Source of the DNA: Bacteroidota bacterium
Lineage (GTDB): Bacteria; Bacteroidota; Bacteroidia; AKYH767-A; OLB10
Length of the DNA: 64,000 bases
Assembly: GCA_031418215.1 (NCBI GenBank)
Contig: JANOXC010000154.1
Coordinates: 1,716 to 65,715 of the forward strand
Direction: 5' to 3'
A model generated the notes under the pieces. The model saw only the letters and a list, made by a program, of their open reading frames with translations, ran no database searches and had not been told where the DNA came from. Of this stretch, positions 41,721-51,728 are shown in pieces; position 1 is the stretch's first letter; each line of letters opens with the position of its first letter. A program made the translations under genes and the position numbers.

Positions 41721-41897
41721 CTTCTCTAAACGAGATATTTTCCCCCTCTCTGAAGGAGATACTTTCCTCCTCTCTGAAGGAGATACTTTCCCCCTCTCTA
41801 AAGGAGATACTTTCCTCCTCTCTGAAGGAGATACTTTCCCCCTCTCTGAAGGAGATACTTTCCCCCTCTCTGAAGGAGAGGGGGTAGGGGGGTGAGG
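41721..41897. repeat. tandem array of about 6.5 copies of a 24-bp unit (CTCTGAAGGAGATACTTTCCYCCT), ending in a G-rich tail
   Basis: Directly visible, with C/T and G/A polymorphism between units. Lies between the dksA-like stop and the lspA start on the transcribed (minus) strand. Confidence 0.85.
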
Positions 41898-41976
41898 CTA
41901 AAACAAAACTGCCATCCCAAATCAAGCGAATAATAATGCTTTTTTCAGAATGGCAGTATGCCATTAATACAGCTGA

Positions 41977-42885
41977 TTAGTCTTTGTATTGCTGAAGTTT
42001 TGCTTCCATGCTTTGTGTTGTATGCGGAACAGCACGTAATCTTTCTTTCGGAATTAATTTCCCTGTAACACGACAAATGCCATACGTTTGGTTTTCAATT
42101 CTTACCAATGCTGCTTCCAGTTGCTCAATAAATTTTTTCTGACGTGCTGCTAATTGTGCTGCTTCTTCTTTTGCCAGAGTATCAGATCCGTCTTCCAACA
42201 TCTTAAAAGAAGCACCGGTATCATCAGTACCATTTTCATTCGCACTGATTATAGCAGCATTGAGGTTAATCAACTCAATACGGGCATCATTCAGTTTATT
42301 TACAATTAGAACTTTAAATTCTTTTAACTCGCTATCAGAATAGCGTGTTTTTTCCGTTCCATTACTGTTGCGTTGAACCGGCAGTACTGCTGCTTTTACA
42401 GGTACCGTCTTATGTGGAGGAACCGGCATAGTAGGTCTGGGGCGCTGAGGCAAGATTAAAGCAGCAGGCTTTTGTTCAACTTTTTTTGGAGCAACAGGTT
42501 TTTGTGCAGGAGCCACCGGTTTGCCTTTTGCAGATTTATCAATCGAGTGTGCAGCCACATTATTCCTGTTAACAGGAGGTTTAGTTGCTACAGGATTTAT
42601 AAATGAACTTTTAGGCGCTGCTTTTTTCTCCACAACCTTGCTTGCAACCGGTTTAGTCACTTTTGCAGGAGGAAGTGTTTTCTTCACAACTTTTGCCTTT
42701 AACGGTTTAACAGCAACAGGCTTTTTTACTGAAGTTTTTTTGGCGGCAGGTTTCTTAGCAGCAACTTTCTGCACTGGCTTCGCTGTTTTTTTCTTTTCAA
42801 CCGGTTTACTGCCTTTAGTTTTTACTGACTTAACAGGTTTGGCAACGGCCTTTTTCCCTTTCACTATTTTTTTGCTTGTGGCCAT
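41977..42885 (-). CDS. DksA/TraR-family protein with a ~180-aa Lys/Pro/Ala/Val-rich N-terminal extension
   Basis: C-terminal DksA-like coiled coil plus CRVTGKLIPKERLRAVPHTTQS. The N-terminal half is a histone-H1-like low-complexity region (KPVxK repeats). Confidence 0.7.
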   Translation of the reverse strand: MATSKKIVKGKKAVAKPVKSVKTKGSKPVEKKKTAKPVQKVAAKKPAAKKTSVKKPVAVKPLKAKVVKKTLPPAKVTKPVASKVVEKKAAPKSSFINPVATKPPVNRNNVAAHSIDKSAKGKPVAPAQKPVAPKKVEQKPAALILPQRPRPTMPVPPHKTVPVKAAVLPVQRNSNGTEKTRYSDSELKEFKVLIVNKLNDARIELINLNAAIISANENGTDDTGASFKMLEDGSDTLAKEEAAQLAARQKKFIEQLEAALVRIENQTYGICRVTGKLIPKERLRAVPHTTQSMEAKLQQYKD

Positions 42886-42887
42886 AA

Positions 42888-45800
42888 TTATTGTTTTTTA
42901 ATAAATGTTAATACATGGAGATGCTCGTCTACTTCAACACTATCTCCGTCATTTTCGTTTAAGCCATCTGTAAATTCGATGGTGGTTGCTAAAATTTCGG
43001 TGCGAATATAATCGAAATTGTTTGTTACTGATTTACGAATGTTATCGGGGCCCATTAACTTTACGCTGATCCGGTCAGTAACGGCAAAACCCTTGTCTTT
43101 TCGCAGGTTTTGGATTCGGTTAACAAGTTCACGTGCAAGGCCTTTCTCCTTCAGCTCCTCCGTAATATGGGTATCAAGCGCTACCGTAAGCTTACCCATC
43201 GTGGCCACCTGCCACCCCGGAATATCTTCTGATAAGATCTCTACATCTTCCAAAAGAAGGTCAAATATTGTATTACCCAAATGTAAGGAGAGTTTGCCAT
43301 CTGACTCCAACTGGCTAATTTGTTTTTGATCAATTTCACCTATGGCAGCAGAGAGCAACTTCATCATTCCGCCTACCTTTTTCCCTAACGTTTTAAAGTT
43401 AGGCTTGATTTTTTTGGTCAATAATCCCGAAGTATCATGAATATATTCAATGGCTTCCACATTCACTTCGGCCAAAATCAAATTTTTAATACGCTCTACT
43501 TTTTCTTTGAAATGTGGTCCGTCAACAGGTAACAATATTTTATTCAGCGGCTGACGAACTTTAATATTTACTTTCTTGCGCAAAGACAATACCAAGGATG
43601 AAATATCCTGAGCAAGTTGCATTCTTTCCTGCAGATTGTTGTCTATATATAATTGATTAGCCACAGGAAATTCAGACAAATGAACTGATATGTTTGGATC
43701 CTTTTTCGTTACGTGATTTAAATCATTAAACAAATGATCAGCATAAAACGGTGCAATGGGCGCCATCAGTTTGGCCACAGTTTCGAGACATTGATACAAC
43801 GTTTGGTAAGCAGCAATTTTATCTTTTGCAGCTTTTTCATCATCACCGGCTTGCTTCCAAAATCTCCTTCTGCATAAGCGAACATACCAATTACTCAAAT
43901 GCTCGCATACGAAATCAGTGATGATACGTGCAGCCCTTGTAGGCTCGTAATCGGCATAACTTTCATCAGTCTCTTTAATAAGCGTATTAAGTTGTGAGAT
44001 AACCCAACGATCAATCTCCGGCCTTTCTGCCAATGGTATCTCAGCTTCCTTATAGTTAAAGCCGTCGATGTTGGCATACAATGCAAAGAATGAATAAGTG
44101 TTGTACAGTGTTCCGAAAAATTTGCGCTGCACTTCTGTAATACCATCTAAATTAAACTTCAGGTTATCCCATGGTTGTGCATTACTAATCATGTACCAAC
44201 GTGTGGCATCAGGACCGAATTGATCAAGCGTAGTAAATGGATCGACAGCATTTCCAAGACGTTTCGACATCTTGTTGCCATTCTTATCCAACACTAATCC
44301 ATTCGAAACAACATTTTTAAATGCAACAGAATCAAACAACATTACTGCAATGGCATGCAGTGTGAAAAACCATCCGCGTGTCTGATCAACTCCTTCTGCA
44401 ATAAAATCTGCAGGATATGATTCATTAAATATTTCTTTGTTCTCGAAAGGAAAATGCCATTGTGCATAAGGCATGGCACCACTGTCGAACCACACATCAA
44501 TCAAATCAGTTTCACGTATCATCTTCCTTCCTGAATCAGACACAAGAATAATATCATCAACATAAGGGCGATGCAAATCAAAATCCGGTTTGGAAGCATC
44601 AACATGTTCCAAATGCGATGGATCCATCAGGCCGGCAGCTATTGATTTTTCAATTTCCTTTTTCAATTCTTCAATCGAACCAATACATTTCTCTTCCGTA
44701 AAGTCTTCCGTTCTCCATATGGGCAATGGAATGCCCCAGTAACGTGAACGGGATAAATTCCAGTCAACAAGATTTTCCAGCCAATTACCAAATCGCCCTG
44801 TTCCGGTACTCTCCGGTTTCCAGTTGATGGTTTTATTCAATGCAATCATGCGCTCGCGCGAGGCAGTTGTTTTGATGAACCAGGAATCGAGCGGATAATA
44901 TAATATTGGTTTATCAGTTCGCCAGCAATGCGGATAGCTGTGTTCATATCGCTCAACTTTGAAGGCTTTGTTTTCAGTTTTAAGTTTGATGGAAATACGT
45001 TCATCAACTGATAAATATTTTTCTCTTCCCTGCTTTTTTGCTTCTTCCTCTTTTTCAGAAGCATTTAAATATTCTTCTTTTACATATTCTCCTGCAAAAT
45101 CCGTAACTTCTTTTACAAAACGACCTCGCTTATCTACCAATGGCATTGGCTTGCCGTTTTCATCTGCCACCATGATGGAAGAAATTCCATTTTGACGACA
45201 TATGCGAAAGTCATCGGCACCAAAAACAGAAGCGGTATGTACGACTCCTGTTCCGTCTTCCGTCGTTACAAAATCACCAAGAATAACTTCAAATGCCTTT
45301 CCCTCCGGTTGAACATAAGGCATAAGTTGATCATATTGTATGCCTTCCAATTGCTTTCCGTTGTAAGAAGCAATTATTTTAAAAGGAATGTTCTTTCCTC
45401 CGGCCGTGTATTCTTCCATTCTTAACTCTCCATTCTTTTCAGGAAAATATTTTCCCAATAAATCTTTTGCAAGAATTAACACAACAGGCTGAAAAGTATA
45501 AGGGTTGAATGTGCGTACAGCAACATAATTAATTTTATCTCCAACTGCCAATGCACAATTTGCCGGCAGTGTCCATGGTGTGGTAGTCCAGGCTATAAAA
45601 TATATTGGTGCATCAACTTCCTTTATATATAAGAACTCCGATCGTTCATTACGCTTAACTTCAAACTGCGCAATGGCACTGGTGTCTTTAATAAGCTTGT
45701 AACAGCCGGGTTGATTTAACTCATGGGAGCTCAATCCTGTTCCGGCAGCCGGGCTGTAGGGTTGTATGGAATATCCTTTATATAATAATTCTTTTTTATA

Positions 45801-46322
45801 TAACTCCTTTAAAAGGTACCAACATGTCTCAATATAATTATTTTCAAAGGTGATGTAAGGATTATCGAGATCAACCCAATAACCGATCTTACGCGTGAGA
45901 TCATCCCAAACATTTTTATACTTCATCACCTCCTTGCGGCAAGCTTTGTTATAATCTTCAATGGAAATCGACTTGCCAATGTCTTCTTTTGTGATGCCCA
46001 GTGTTTTTTCTACAGATATTTCAATAGGCAAACCATGTGTATCCCATCCGCCTTTTCGTTTTACCTGGAACCCTTTCTGTGTTTTATAACGACAAAAAAT
46101 ATCCTTGATAGAGCGCGCCATCACATGATGAATACCTGGTAATCCATTAGCAGAAGGAGGACCTTCATAAAAGGTAAAAGAGGGCTTTCCCTCGCGAGAG
46201 GTCACGCTTTGCTCAAAAATCCGGTTTTCATCCCAGTTTTTTAAGACCCGGGCCGCCAGCTCAGGCAGATTTAATTGTTTGTACTCAGTATACTTAGACA
46301 TAAATTTTTTAAGAGGGGGCAA
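42888..46322 (-). CDS. ileS: isoleucine--tRNA ligase
   Basis: HIGH-type motif (PSANGLPGIHH), KMSKRLGN, editing domain; 1144 aa. Confidence 0.95.
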   Translation of the reverse strand: MPPLKKFMSKYTEYKQLNLPELAARVLKNWDENRIFEQSVTSREGKPSFTFYEGPPSANGLPGIHHVMARSIKDIFCRYKTQKGFQVKRKGGWDTHGLPIEISVEKTLGITKEDIGKSISIEDYNKACRKEVMKYKNVWDDLTRKIGYWVDLDNPYITFENNYIETCWYLLKELYKKELLYKGYSIQPYSPAAGTGLSSHELNQPGCYKLIKDTSAIAQFEVKRNERSEFLYIKEVDAPIYFIAWTTTPWTLPANCALAVGDKINYVAVRTFNPYTFQPVVLILAKDLLGKYFPEKNGELRMEEYTAGGKNIPFKIIASYNGKQLEGIQYDQLMPYVQPEGKAFEVILGDFVTTEDGTGVVHTASVFGADDFRICRQNGISSIMVADENGKPMPLVDKRGRFVKEVTDFAGEYVKEEYLNASEKEEEAKKQGREKYLSVDERISIKLKTENKAFKVERYEHSYPHCWRTDKPILYYPLDSWFIKTTASRERMIALNKTINWKPESTGTGRFGNWLENLVDWNLSRSRYWGIPLPIWRTEDFTEEKCIGSIEELKKEIEKSIAAGLMDPSHLEHVDASKPDFDLHRPYVDDIILVSDSGRKMIRETDLIDVWFDSGAMPYAQWHFPFENKEIFNESYPADFIAEGVDQTRGWFFTLHAIAVMLFDSVAFKNVVSNGLVLDKNGNKMSKRLGNAVDPFTTLDQFGPDATRWYMISNAQPWDNLKFNLDGITEVQRKFFGTLYNTYSFFALYANIDGFNYKEAEIPLAERPEIDRWVISQLNTLIKETDESYADYEPTRAARIITDFVCEHLSNWYVRLCRRRFWKQAGDDEKAAKDKIAAYQTLYQCLETVAKLMAPIAPFYADHLFNDLNHVTKKDPNISVHLSEFPVANQLYIDNNLQERMQLAQDISSLVLSLRKKVNIKVRQPLNKILLPVDGPHFKEKVERIKNLILAEVNVEAIEYIHDTSGLLTKKIKPNFKTLGKKVGGMMKLLSAAIGEIDQKQISQLESDGKLSLHLGNTIFDLLLEDVEILSEDIPGWQVATMGKLTVALDTHITEELKEKGLARELVNRIQNLRKDKGFAVTDRISVKLMGPDNIRKSVTNNFDYIRTEILATTIEFTDGLNENDGDSVEVDEHLHVLTFIKKQ

Positions 46323-46587
46323 AGGTAAAAAAATAAGAACCTTGATTTACAAGAGTTGACCGTTTCCCCAGTTACTTTCCTTATTACAATATCCTGTAAT
46401 ATTTAGGGTTATATCTATGCTTTAAGGCCATTTTTTTTACCTGTTTAGCGAGTAGATGCCTTAATTCACTACATAATGCCCAAATTCAACACTTACCAAG
46501 AAAATTTATCCTTGTAATATTATGTAGCATTTTGTCAAAAAAATAAATGCAGGGGCCTTAAATTTAAATACTCGTATAAAGCCAATA

Positions 46588-47043
46588 ATGCGCGCATTAA
46601 TCATTACCGTACTCGCCCTTGTAATCAGCTTATCAGCTACGGCACAAAAATCCGGGGCCGATAAAATAGTTGGCCTGTGGATCAGTAAGGAGAAAGATTT
46701 AATAGTTAAATGTTACAAGGAGGATGATAAGTACTATGGAATAATAGTCTGGTATAAAAAACGCAGTGCCGGAGTTACTGCTGCCGCGAATAATGAATAT
46801 AATGGAATGCCTGAGGAACAATGGATGAATTCCTTTGTAATGAAAGATTTTGTTTTTGACAATGATGAATGGAATGATGGTAATATATATGATATAAAGA
46901 AAGGTAAAAAATATACCGCCTATATAAAATTAAATAGGGACAACGAACTGCATGTTACCGGTTACGTTTGTTTTCGTTTCCTATGCCAAACAATGGATTT
47001 TAAAAGGTATACCGACAATAAACTTCCTGCCTTTGTGTATTAA
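46588..47043 (+). CDS. DUF2147-like secreted protein
   Basis: Signal peptide and IVGLW..YGIIVW motif; 151 aa. Confidence 0.5.
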   Translation: MRALIITVLALVISLSATAQKSGADKIVGLWISKEKDLIVKCYKEDDKYYGIIVWYKKRSAGVTAAANNEYNGMPEEQWMNSFVMKDFVFDNDEWNDGNIYDIKKGKKYTAYIKLNRDNELHVTGYVCFRFLCQTMDFKRYTDNKLPAFVY

Positions 47044-47129
47044 CAAAATATATTACTATTAAGATTTTACAGCAAAGAAAAAATATTTAAATGCTGTTAA
47101 TCAAAAAAACTTGAGATCCCTTTTACTTA

Positions 47130-47615
47130 CTATTTTTTTTCAATCAACTTAATCGGTCGCGTAAAATTTTCCTCCAATGAAATAAATGTTTCCGTTCGTT
47201 GTATCCCTTTTATCTTTTGTAATTTATCGTGAAGCACTTCTTTCAAATGTGCTGTATCCTTGCAAACAATTTTTGCGAACATACTGTATATACCCGTTGT
47301 GTAATGCAAGTTAACAATTTCAGGAATCTGTTCAAAGGCTTTTGCAACATCATCATACAGTGAACTCTTTTCCAGATACACCCCAATAAAAGCCGTTACA
47401 TCATAACCCAACTTTGTGTAATCCACTTCCATCCTGGGCTTCTTGACAATACCCATTTGTTCAAGCTTTTTCATGCGAACATGAACTGTTCCTCCACTTA
47501 CAAAGATTTTTTTTGCCAATTCCGTATAAGGAATGAAGGCATCTTCAATTAATGCCGCTAATATCTTCAGGTCTGTTTTATCAATTTCTAAATTTTCAGG
47601 CTCTTTCATGATCAA
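47130..47615 (-). CDS. Lrp/AsnC family transcriptional regulator
   Basis: N-terminal helix-turn-helix (DLKILAALIEDAFIPYTELAKKI) and C-terminal RAM domain; 161 aa. Confidence 0.8.
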   Translation of the reverse strand: MIMKEPENLEIDKTDLKILAALIEDAFIPYTELAKKIFVSGGTVHVRMKKLEQMGIVKKPRMEVDYTKLGYDVTAFIGVYLEKSSLYDDVAKAFEQIPEIVNLHYTTGIYSMFAKIVCKDTAHLKEVLHDKLQKIKGIQRTETFISLEENFTRPIKLIEKK

Positions 47616-47739
47616 ATGTTGATATAATACTAATCAAATGTACAATATTTTATCAAAATCATAATATTTATCTTAATTAATTAAAATATTTGCATTGCGC
47701 TATAGAACGCAGTATGTTTGCATCAGTTCTTCTAACATA

Positions 47740-48010
47740 ATGTAGGGTGTTGAAACTGGCAGCCAAACCCTCCTGTCCCGGGGGTGAGGATCACGGGATA
47801 AACGTAGTATAGAGCCGTCCAGGGTTAAACCGAGGACGACCAGGGTCGACCACTGAACTTTGTGCTATAGCTAACCGCCTCTTGGAGGTTCGAATCCTTC
47901 TCCTACAGCTGAAACATCAATCCGTTTTGCTTAAAATGGGTTTTAAGATGTACTTTATCGTTTACTCCCTTCTGTTTGAAGCTATGCTTTGCAGGAGGGA
48001 GTTTTATTTT
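47740..48010 (+). ncRNA. candidate structured RNA or tRNA-like remnant ending in a rho-independent terminator
   Basis: GC-rich internal hairpins. Exact T-loop consensus GGTTCGAATCC at 47887-47897. Acceptor-like pairing TGTAGGG (47741) with TCCTACA (47901). Terminator hairpin 47966-48001 plus T run. No canonical cloverleaf could be built. Confidence 0.25.
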
Positions 48011-48183
48011 AGTAGTATCAAGTATATAGTATCAAGACACAAGACAAAAAACAAAAACAGCTTACTTAGTCGAGCCTCAAAAAGCCAAAAAACCGAGGAC
48101 TATCAACAATTTAGTTGAGAAAGGGTTGATAATTTTCTGCAAGAAAAGACAAGAATGATTAAAAAATCTTGCAGATTTGAGTC

Positions 48184-48366
48184 ATGCTTACACGAGAGAA
48201 ATCAAAATCGCAATTAGGCTTTTATAGCACCTTTGAGGAGCAATTGGATCATGGTCATCCGTTGTACATTTTAGCAAGTCAAATTCATTGGCAAGAATTT
48301 GAAAATGCGTTTGCTAAACATTATAGCCAAACAATGGGCGCTCCCTCAAAGCCGATCCATCATTAA
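48184..48366 (+). pseudogene. N-terminal remnant of an IS4/IS5-superfamily transposase
   Basis: SQLGFYSTFEEQLDHGHPLYILASQIHWQEFENAFAKHYSQTMGAPSKPIH resembles the N-terminus of a widespread Bacteroidota transposase family (..QLSHNHPL..IDW..F...YS..GRPAKPI..). Truncated by a stop codon. Candidate inverted repeat TCTGCAAGA..TCTTGCAGA just upstream. Confidence 0.5.
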
Positions 48367-49010
48367 TGAACCTTGGGGTTGCCAGTGATATTATTTATCA
48401 AAATGCCTATACTGAAATTCAACAATCTAATATTGGCAAAATTGATAAAATCAATGAGGATTTGGTAAATGATAATAGAACTGGCGCAATGCAGAAGTTA
48501 AATCTGTTTCAGGATCAAAATCCAATTGAAAGTAATAAGAAATTCGTTTTGGATAATTACATTTCTAATTATATTCCTGGTACTACCCCGGAAAATAACC
48601 TAGTTGAACAACTAACTGCTTTAGCAAATTCTCATTCATTTTATGGAGGAGAAGCAGTTTTTTGGGCTAGAGGTCTGGTTCGGCAGGATGTTGAAGATCA
48701 TTTACCACAATTTAGAAAGCCAAAACCATCACCAAATAAAACGATTGTACCAGACGTAACTTTTCAAGGTATATTGCAACCAAACCCCGCTAATAATAGA
48801 GTTGAGTTAAAGTTTAATAAGGCATTAGAAAATACATCTCTACTTAGAATTTATAATAATATGGGAATTTTGATGGAGGAAATAGCTATTGATAAGAATT
48901 CTATTTCTTATTCAATACATACTGAAAGATATATGCCTGGCATTTATTCATGCAGCTTATTTTCAAATAATAAGTTCCTTAGTATGGAACGTTTAGTTAT
49001 TACACATTGA
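48366..49010 (+). pseudogene. 5'-truncated gene fragment encoding a T9SS type-A C-terminal sorting domain
   Basis: No signal peptide. C-terminal ~80 aa are a T9SS sorting domain (..NNRVELKFN..LLRIYNNMGILMEE..GIYSCSLF..). Directly abuts the IS remnant. Confidence 0.35.
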
Positions 49011-50566
49011 ACAAAAGGGAGGGGGTTAATACTCTCACTTTTATAAATATTAGAAAAATGATTAGGTATTTAATGCTGTTACCATTTATCATGGCAACTC
49101 ACCTATCAGACTGTCAAAACAGGAATTCTATCTGGATATTTGGCGATAGTGCCGGAATTAATTTTAGCAATGTAAGTAATCCAACGCCTTATTATTCAGT
49201 CATGGACGGGAGAGGTAGCTGTGCAAGTATTTGTGATACATCAGGCAATCTATTGTTCTATTCATATAATACTACTGGTTTAGGAGATAGTGCAACTTAT
49301 GTCTTAAATTATTTTAATGATACCTTAATAAATGGGTATAAATTATGCGGACAAGGATTATATAATCAAATTACTATTATACAAAAACCACTCGATTCAA
49401 ATAAATATTATATTTTTTATTTAGGTACAAATGTGACAGAAGGACTTTATTATTCTATTGTTGATATGTCAGTAAATGTTGGGCAAGGTGCAATAATTCA
49501 AAAAAACATTCAACTTAAAAATAACAGGCAAGGAGATTGCTTGCAAGCGATTAAGCATGCTAATGGTAGAGATTGGTGGATTTTATCTAAACCCTCAAGC
49601 AATCCAATAACGTCTATAAACAGATTTACAATATTTCTTGTTACAAGTGCTGGAATATCTGCACCAATTAATTATGATTTCAGTAATGCCTCGGATATTG
49701 ATTTCCAAAAAATTGTAATAAATAATAGGGCCACCAAATTAATGGTAATTAATTTCAAGGGATTTATGGCGAAATATGATTTTGACCGATGTACGGGTAT
49801 TGTTTCGAATCAGAATATTATATTTCCTCAACAGCCCAATGGAGTAAGAAATTTTTGGGAGGGCGCATATTCTCCTAATGATAGTTTATTTTATGCAACT
49901 GCTACTTGGTATAGCTTTCCAATTTCAGATACATCACGATTGTTACAATTTAATCTATTTGCAGCTGATATTCCGGGTAGCTGTGATACTTTGGCATTTA
50001 ATAAACATCCTAATATTTATGGTGCATTAAGATTGGGACCGGATAAAAAGATATATATGGCAAATGCGTATGATTGGGGATTCCCCACCTATCCTTATCC
50101 TGATAGCGTATACAATCAATATAATATGAATTTAGGGGTAATTAATTATCCAGACAGTAATGGTCATTCATGCAGTTTCCAACCTTTTAGTTTTTTTCTT
50201 GGAGGAAGACGCAATTATGTTGGATTACCTAACAATCCGAATTATCAGTTGGGGCCTGTTGTAGGTAGTGTTTGTGATAGTTTAACATCAGGAATTACAA
50301 CCAGCCAATTTGAAAATTCAAAGTTATTCACCTTTTATCATCATGACTGGCAAATAGTTTTTATAAATGCACAGGGCCTTGAGGGAAGAAAATACATATT
50401 GAATGTGGTTAATATATTGGGCCATTTGATTTATAAAGAAGAAGGAAATCTTGATTCTCACTACTATACACATGATCTTTCGATGCAAGGGTTAGCGGAT
50501 GGTGTTTACATAATTTCATTAGTAACCGATAAGGAAGCGCTATCAGCGAAGTTTGTCCGGCAGTAA
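49007..50566 (+). CDS. secreted protein of unknown function with type-A T9SS C-terminal domain (family member 2)
   Basis: Paralog of 32218-33732 (SIWIFGDSAGINFSN, HANGRDWWILSK, DFDRCTGIVSNQ, YNMNLGVINYPD, FQPFSFFLGGRR); 519 aa. Confidence 0.7.
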   Translation: MNKREGVNTLTFINIRKMIRYLMLLPFIMATHLSDCQNRNSIWIFGDSAGINFSNVSNPTPYYSVMDGRGSCASICDTSGNLLFYSYNTTGLGDSATYVLNYFNDTLINGYKLCGQGLYNQITIIQKPLDSNKYYIFYLGTNVTEGLYYSIVDMSVNVGQGAIIQKNIQLKNNRQGDCLQAIKHANGRDWWILSKPSSNPITSINRFTIFLVTSAGISAPINYDFSNASDIDFQKIVINNRATKLMVINFKGFMAKYDFDRCTGIVSNQNIIFPQQPNGVRNFWEGAYSPNDSLFYATATWYSFPISDTSRLLQFNLFAADIPGSCDTLAFNKHPNIYGALRLGPDKKIYMANAYDWGFPTYPYPDSVYNQYNMNLGVINYPDSNGHSCSFQPFSFFLGGRRNYVGLPNNPNYQLGPVVGSVCDSLTSGITTSQFENSKLFTFYHHDWQIVFINAQGLEGRKYILNVVNILGHLIYKEEGNLDSHYYTHDLSMQGLADGVYIISLVTDKEALSAKFVRQ

Positions 50567-50729
50567 GCTAAACAGATTGGAATATTTGTGTAATCAGAAA
50601 AAAATATTGAATGTCGAACAGGCCTGCCTGACGGCAGTCAGGAAATTCCGAATTCAGAAGTTTTACTATTTGATTTAAAATTTCGGATTCAATAATATCT
50701 GTAACAGAGTTGCATCGTCATGCAACAAA

Positions 50730-51728
50730 TCAGGAAGCATTTCTAAAAACCACTTCCAGTAAAGTCTGACCAACAGCCTTCATGGTGTTTTTATCAATCT
50801 TATCCATGCTGTCGCCATGCGTATGCCAGTACTTCCAAAAATGGGAAGGAGTATTGTAATCGTAGTGAACAATATCAATGCATTTTATCCCTCCCATTTT
50901 ATTGATGTAATAGTGGTCATCAATAATACCGGTAGTCTCATCCTGTACAAAATAATCAGAATAACCGGCTGCTGCCGCAGTATGCCAAACCATATTTACA
51001 ATATCAGGTGCATATTGCATGGAGGTCCCTTCTTTTGTAAAGGTTCCATGAGCTGCTGCCGTCATGTCTAACAAAATACCAAAGCGTGCCTGATAACGTT
51101 CAACATGTTTGTGTTGTGTCCAATACTGTGAACCATAACAATAAGAATTATCATGTTCCGTTTTACCATAATCTTCCAGGTCGAAAAATATGATGTCAAC
51201 TCCTAAATTGGTATTTGATAAAGCTAATTGTCGTGCAATTTCCAATAATGTTCCTACCGGTGCTGCACCATCATTGGCGCCATCAATCGGTTTGTCTTTA
51301 TTAACTGTATCCTGGTCAGCCCAAGGACGTGTATCCCAATGCGCAGTAAATAAAATCCGATTCGCAACTGAAGGATTAAAAGAACCGATCATGTTGCGCA
51401 TCTGCAACACCTTGCCGTCATAAGCGGTGATGGGCGCCTTCTGCTCAATGAAAGTGTCACACCATTGTTTCAGTGAAGCAGCAAGGTAGTCCCCGCATTT
51501 TGTATGTGCAACACTATTGGGGATACGCGGGCCAAAATCAACCTGCACTTTAGTATATATATAAGCTGAATCAGGATTGAAGGATGGGACATTAACAACA
51601 GGAACGGGCTGTTGTGTTTCCTGCACCTGTTCCTGTTTGGGTGAATTACAAGCAAGGAGAAAAAAGATGAAGACGAAAAAAGAAAAAGGAGAAATAAATT
51701 TTTTAATTCTTACTCCAGGTTGTGCCAT
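50730..51728 (-). CDS. M28 family zinc peptidase lipoprotein (aminopeptidase or glutaminyl-cyclase-like)
   Basis: Lipobox (LLACNS). M28 metal-binding region ([32 protein letters not shown]); 332 aa. Confidence 0.7.
   Translation of the reverse strand: MAQPGVRIKKFISPFSFFVFIFFLLACNSPKQEQVQETQQPVPVVNVPSFNPDSAYIYTKVQVDFGPRIPNSVAHTKCGDYLAASLKQWCDTFIEQKAPITAYDGKVLQMRNMIGSFNPSVANRILFTAHWDTRPWADQDTVNKDKPIDGANDGAAPVGTLLEIARQLALSNTNLGVDIIFFDLEDYGKTEHDNSYCYGSQYWTQHKHVERYQARFGILLDMTAAAHGTFTKEGTSMQYAPDIVNMVWHTAAAAGYSDYFVQDETTGIIDDHYYINKMGGIKCIDIVHYDYNTPSHFWKYWHTHGDSMDKIDKNTMKAVGQTLLEVVFRNAS

Noticed and set aside
41721-41897. Possible CRISPR array
   Set aside because: The repeats are contiguous with no unique spacers, the unit is only 24 bp, and no cas genes are nearby.
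41554-41964. ORFs 41554..41895 (+), 41672..41887 (+) and 41686..41964 (-), with repetitive EGDTFPLS and REGESISF translations
   Set aside because: They are translations of the 24-bp tandem DNA array in both strands. The array is the intergenic spacer between the dksA-like gene and lspA, and there is no independent coding evidence.
47740-47910. tmRNA (ssrA) hypothesis for the T-loop-containing RNA
   Set aside because: The span from the putative acceptor 5' strand to the 3' end is only about 170 nt. There is no GGGG..5' end, no tag-peptide reading frame ending in ..AA-stop, and no encoded CCA.
47740-47910. Cobalamin riboswitch, suggested by a CCACTG B12-box-like motif
   Set aside because: Other conserved cobalamin-riboswitch elements (GGTGNAAATCC, GGGAAGG) are absent, and there is no suitable downstream gene.
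47882-48118. 78-aa ORF
   Set aside because: It runs across a strong rho-independent terminator (47966-48010) and the tRNA-like motif. Its composition is not protein-like.
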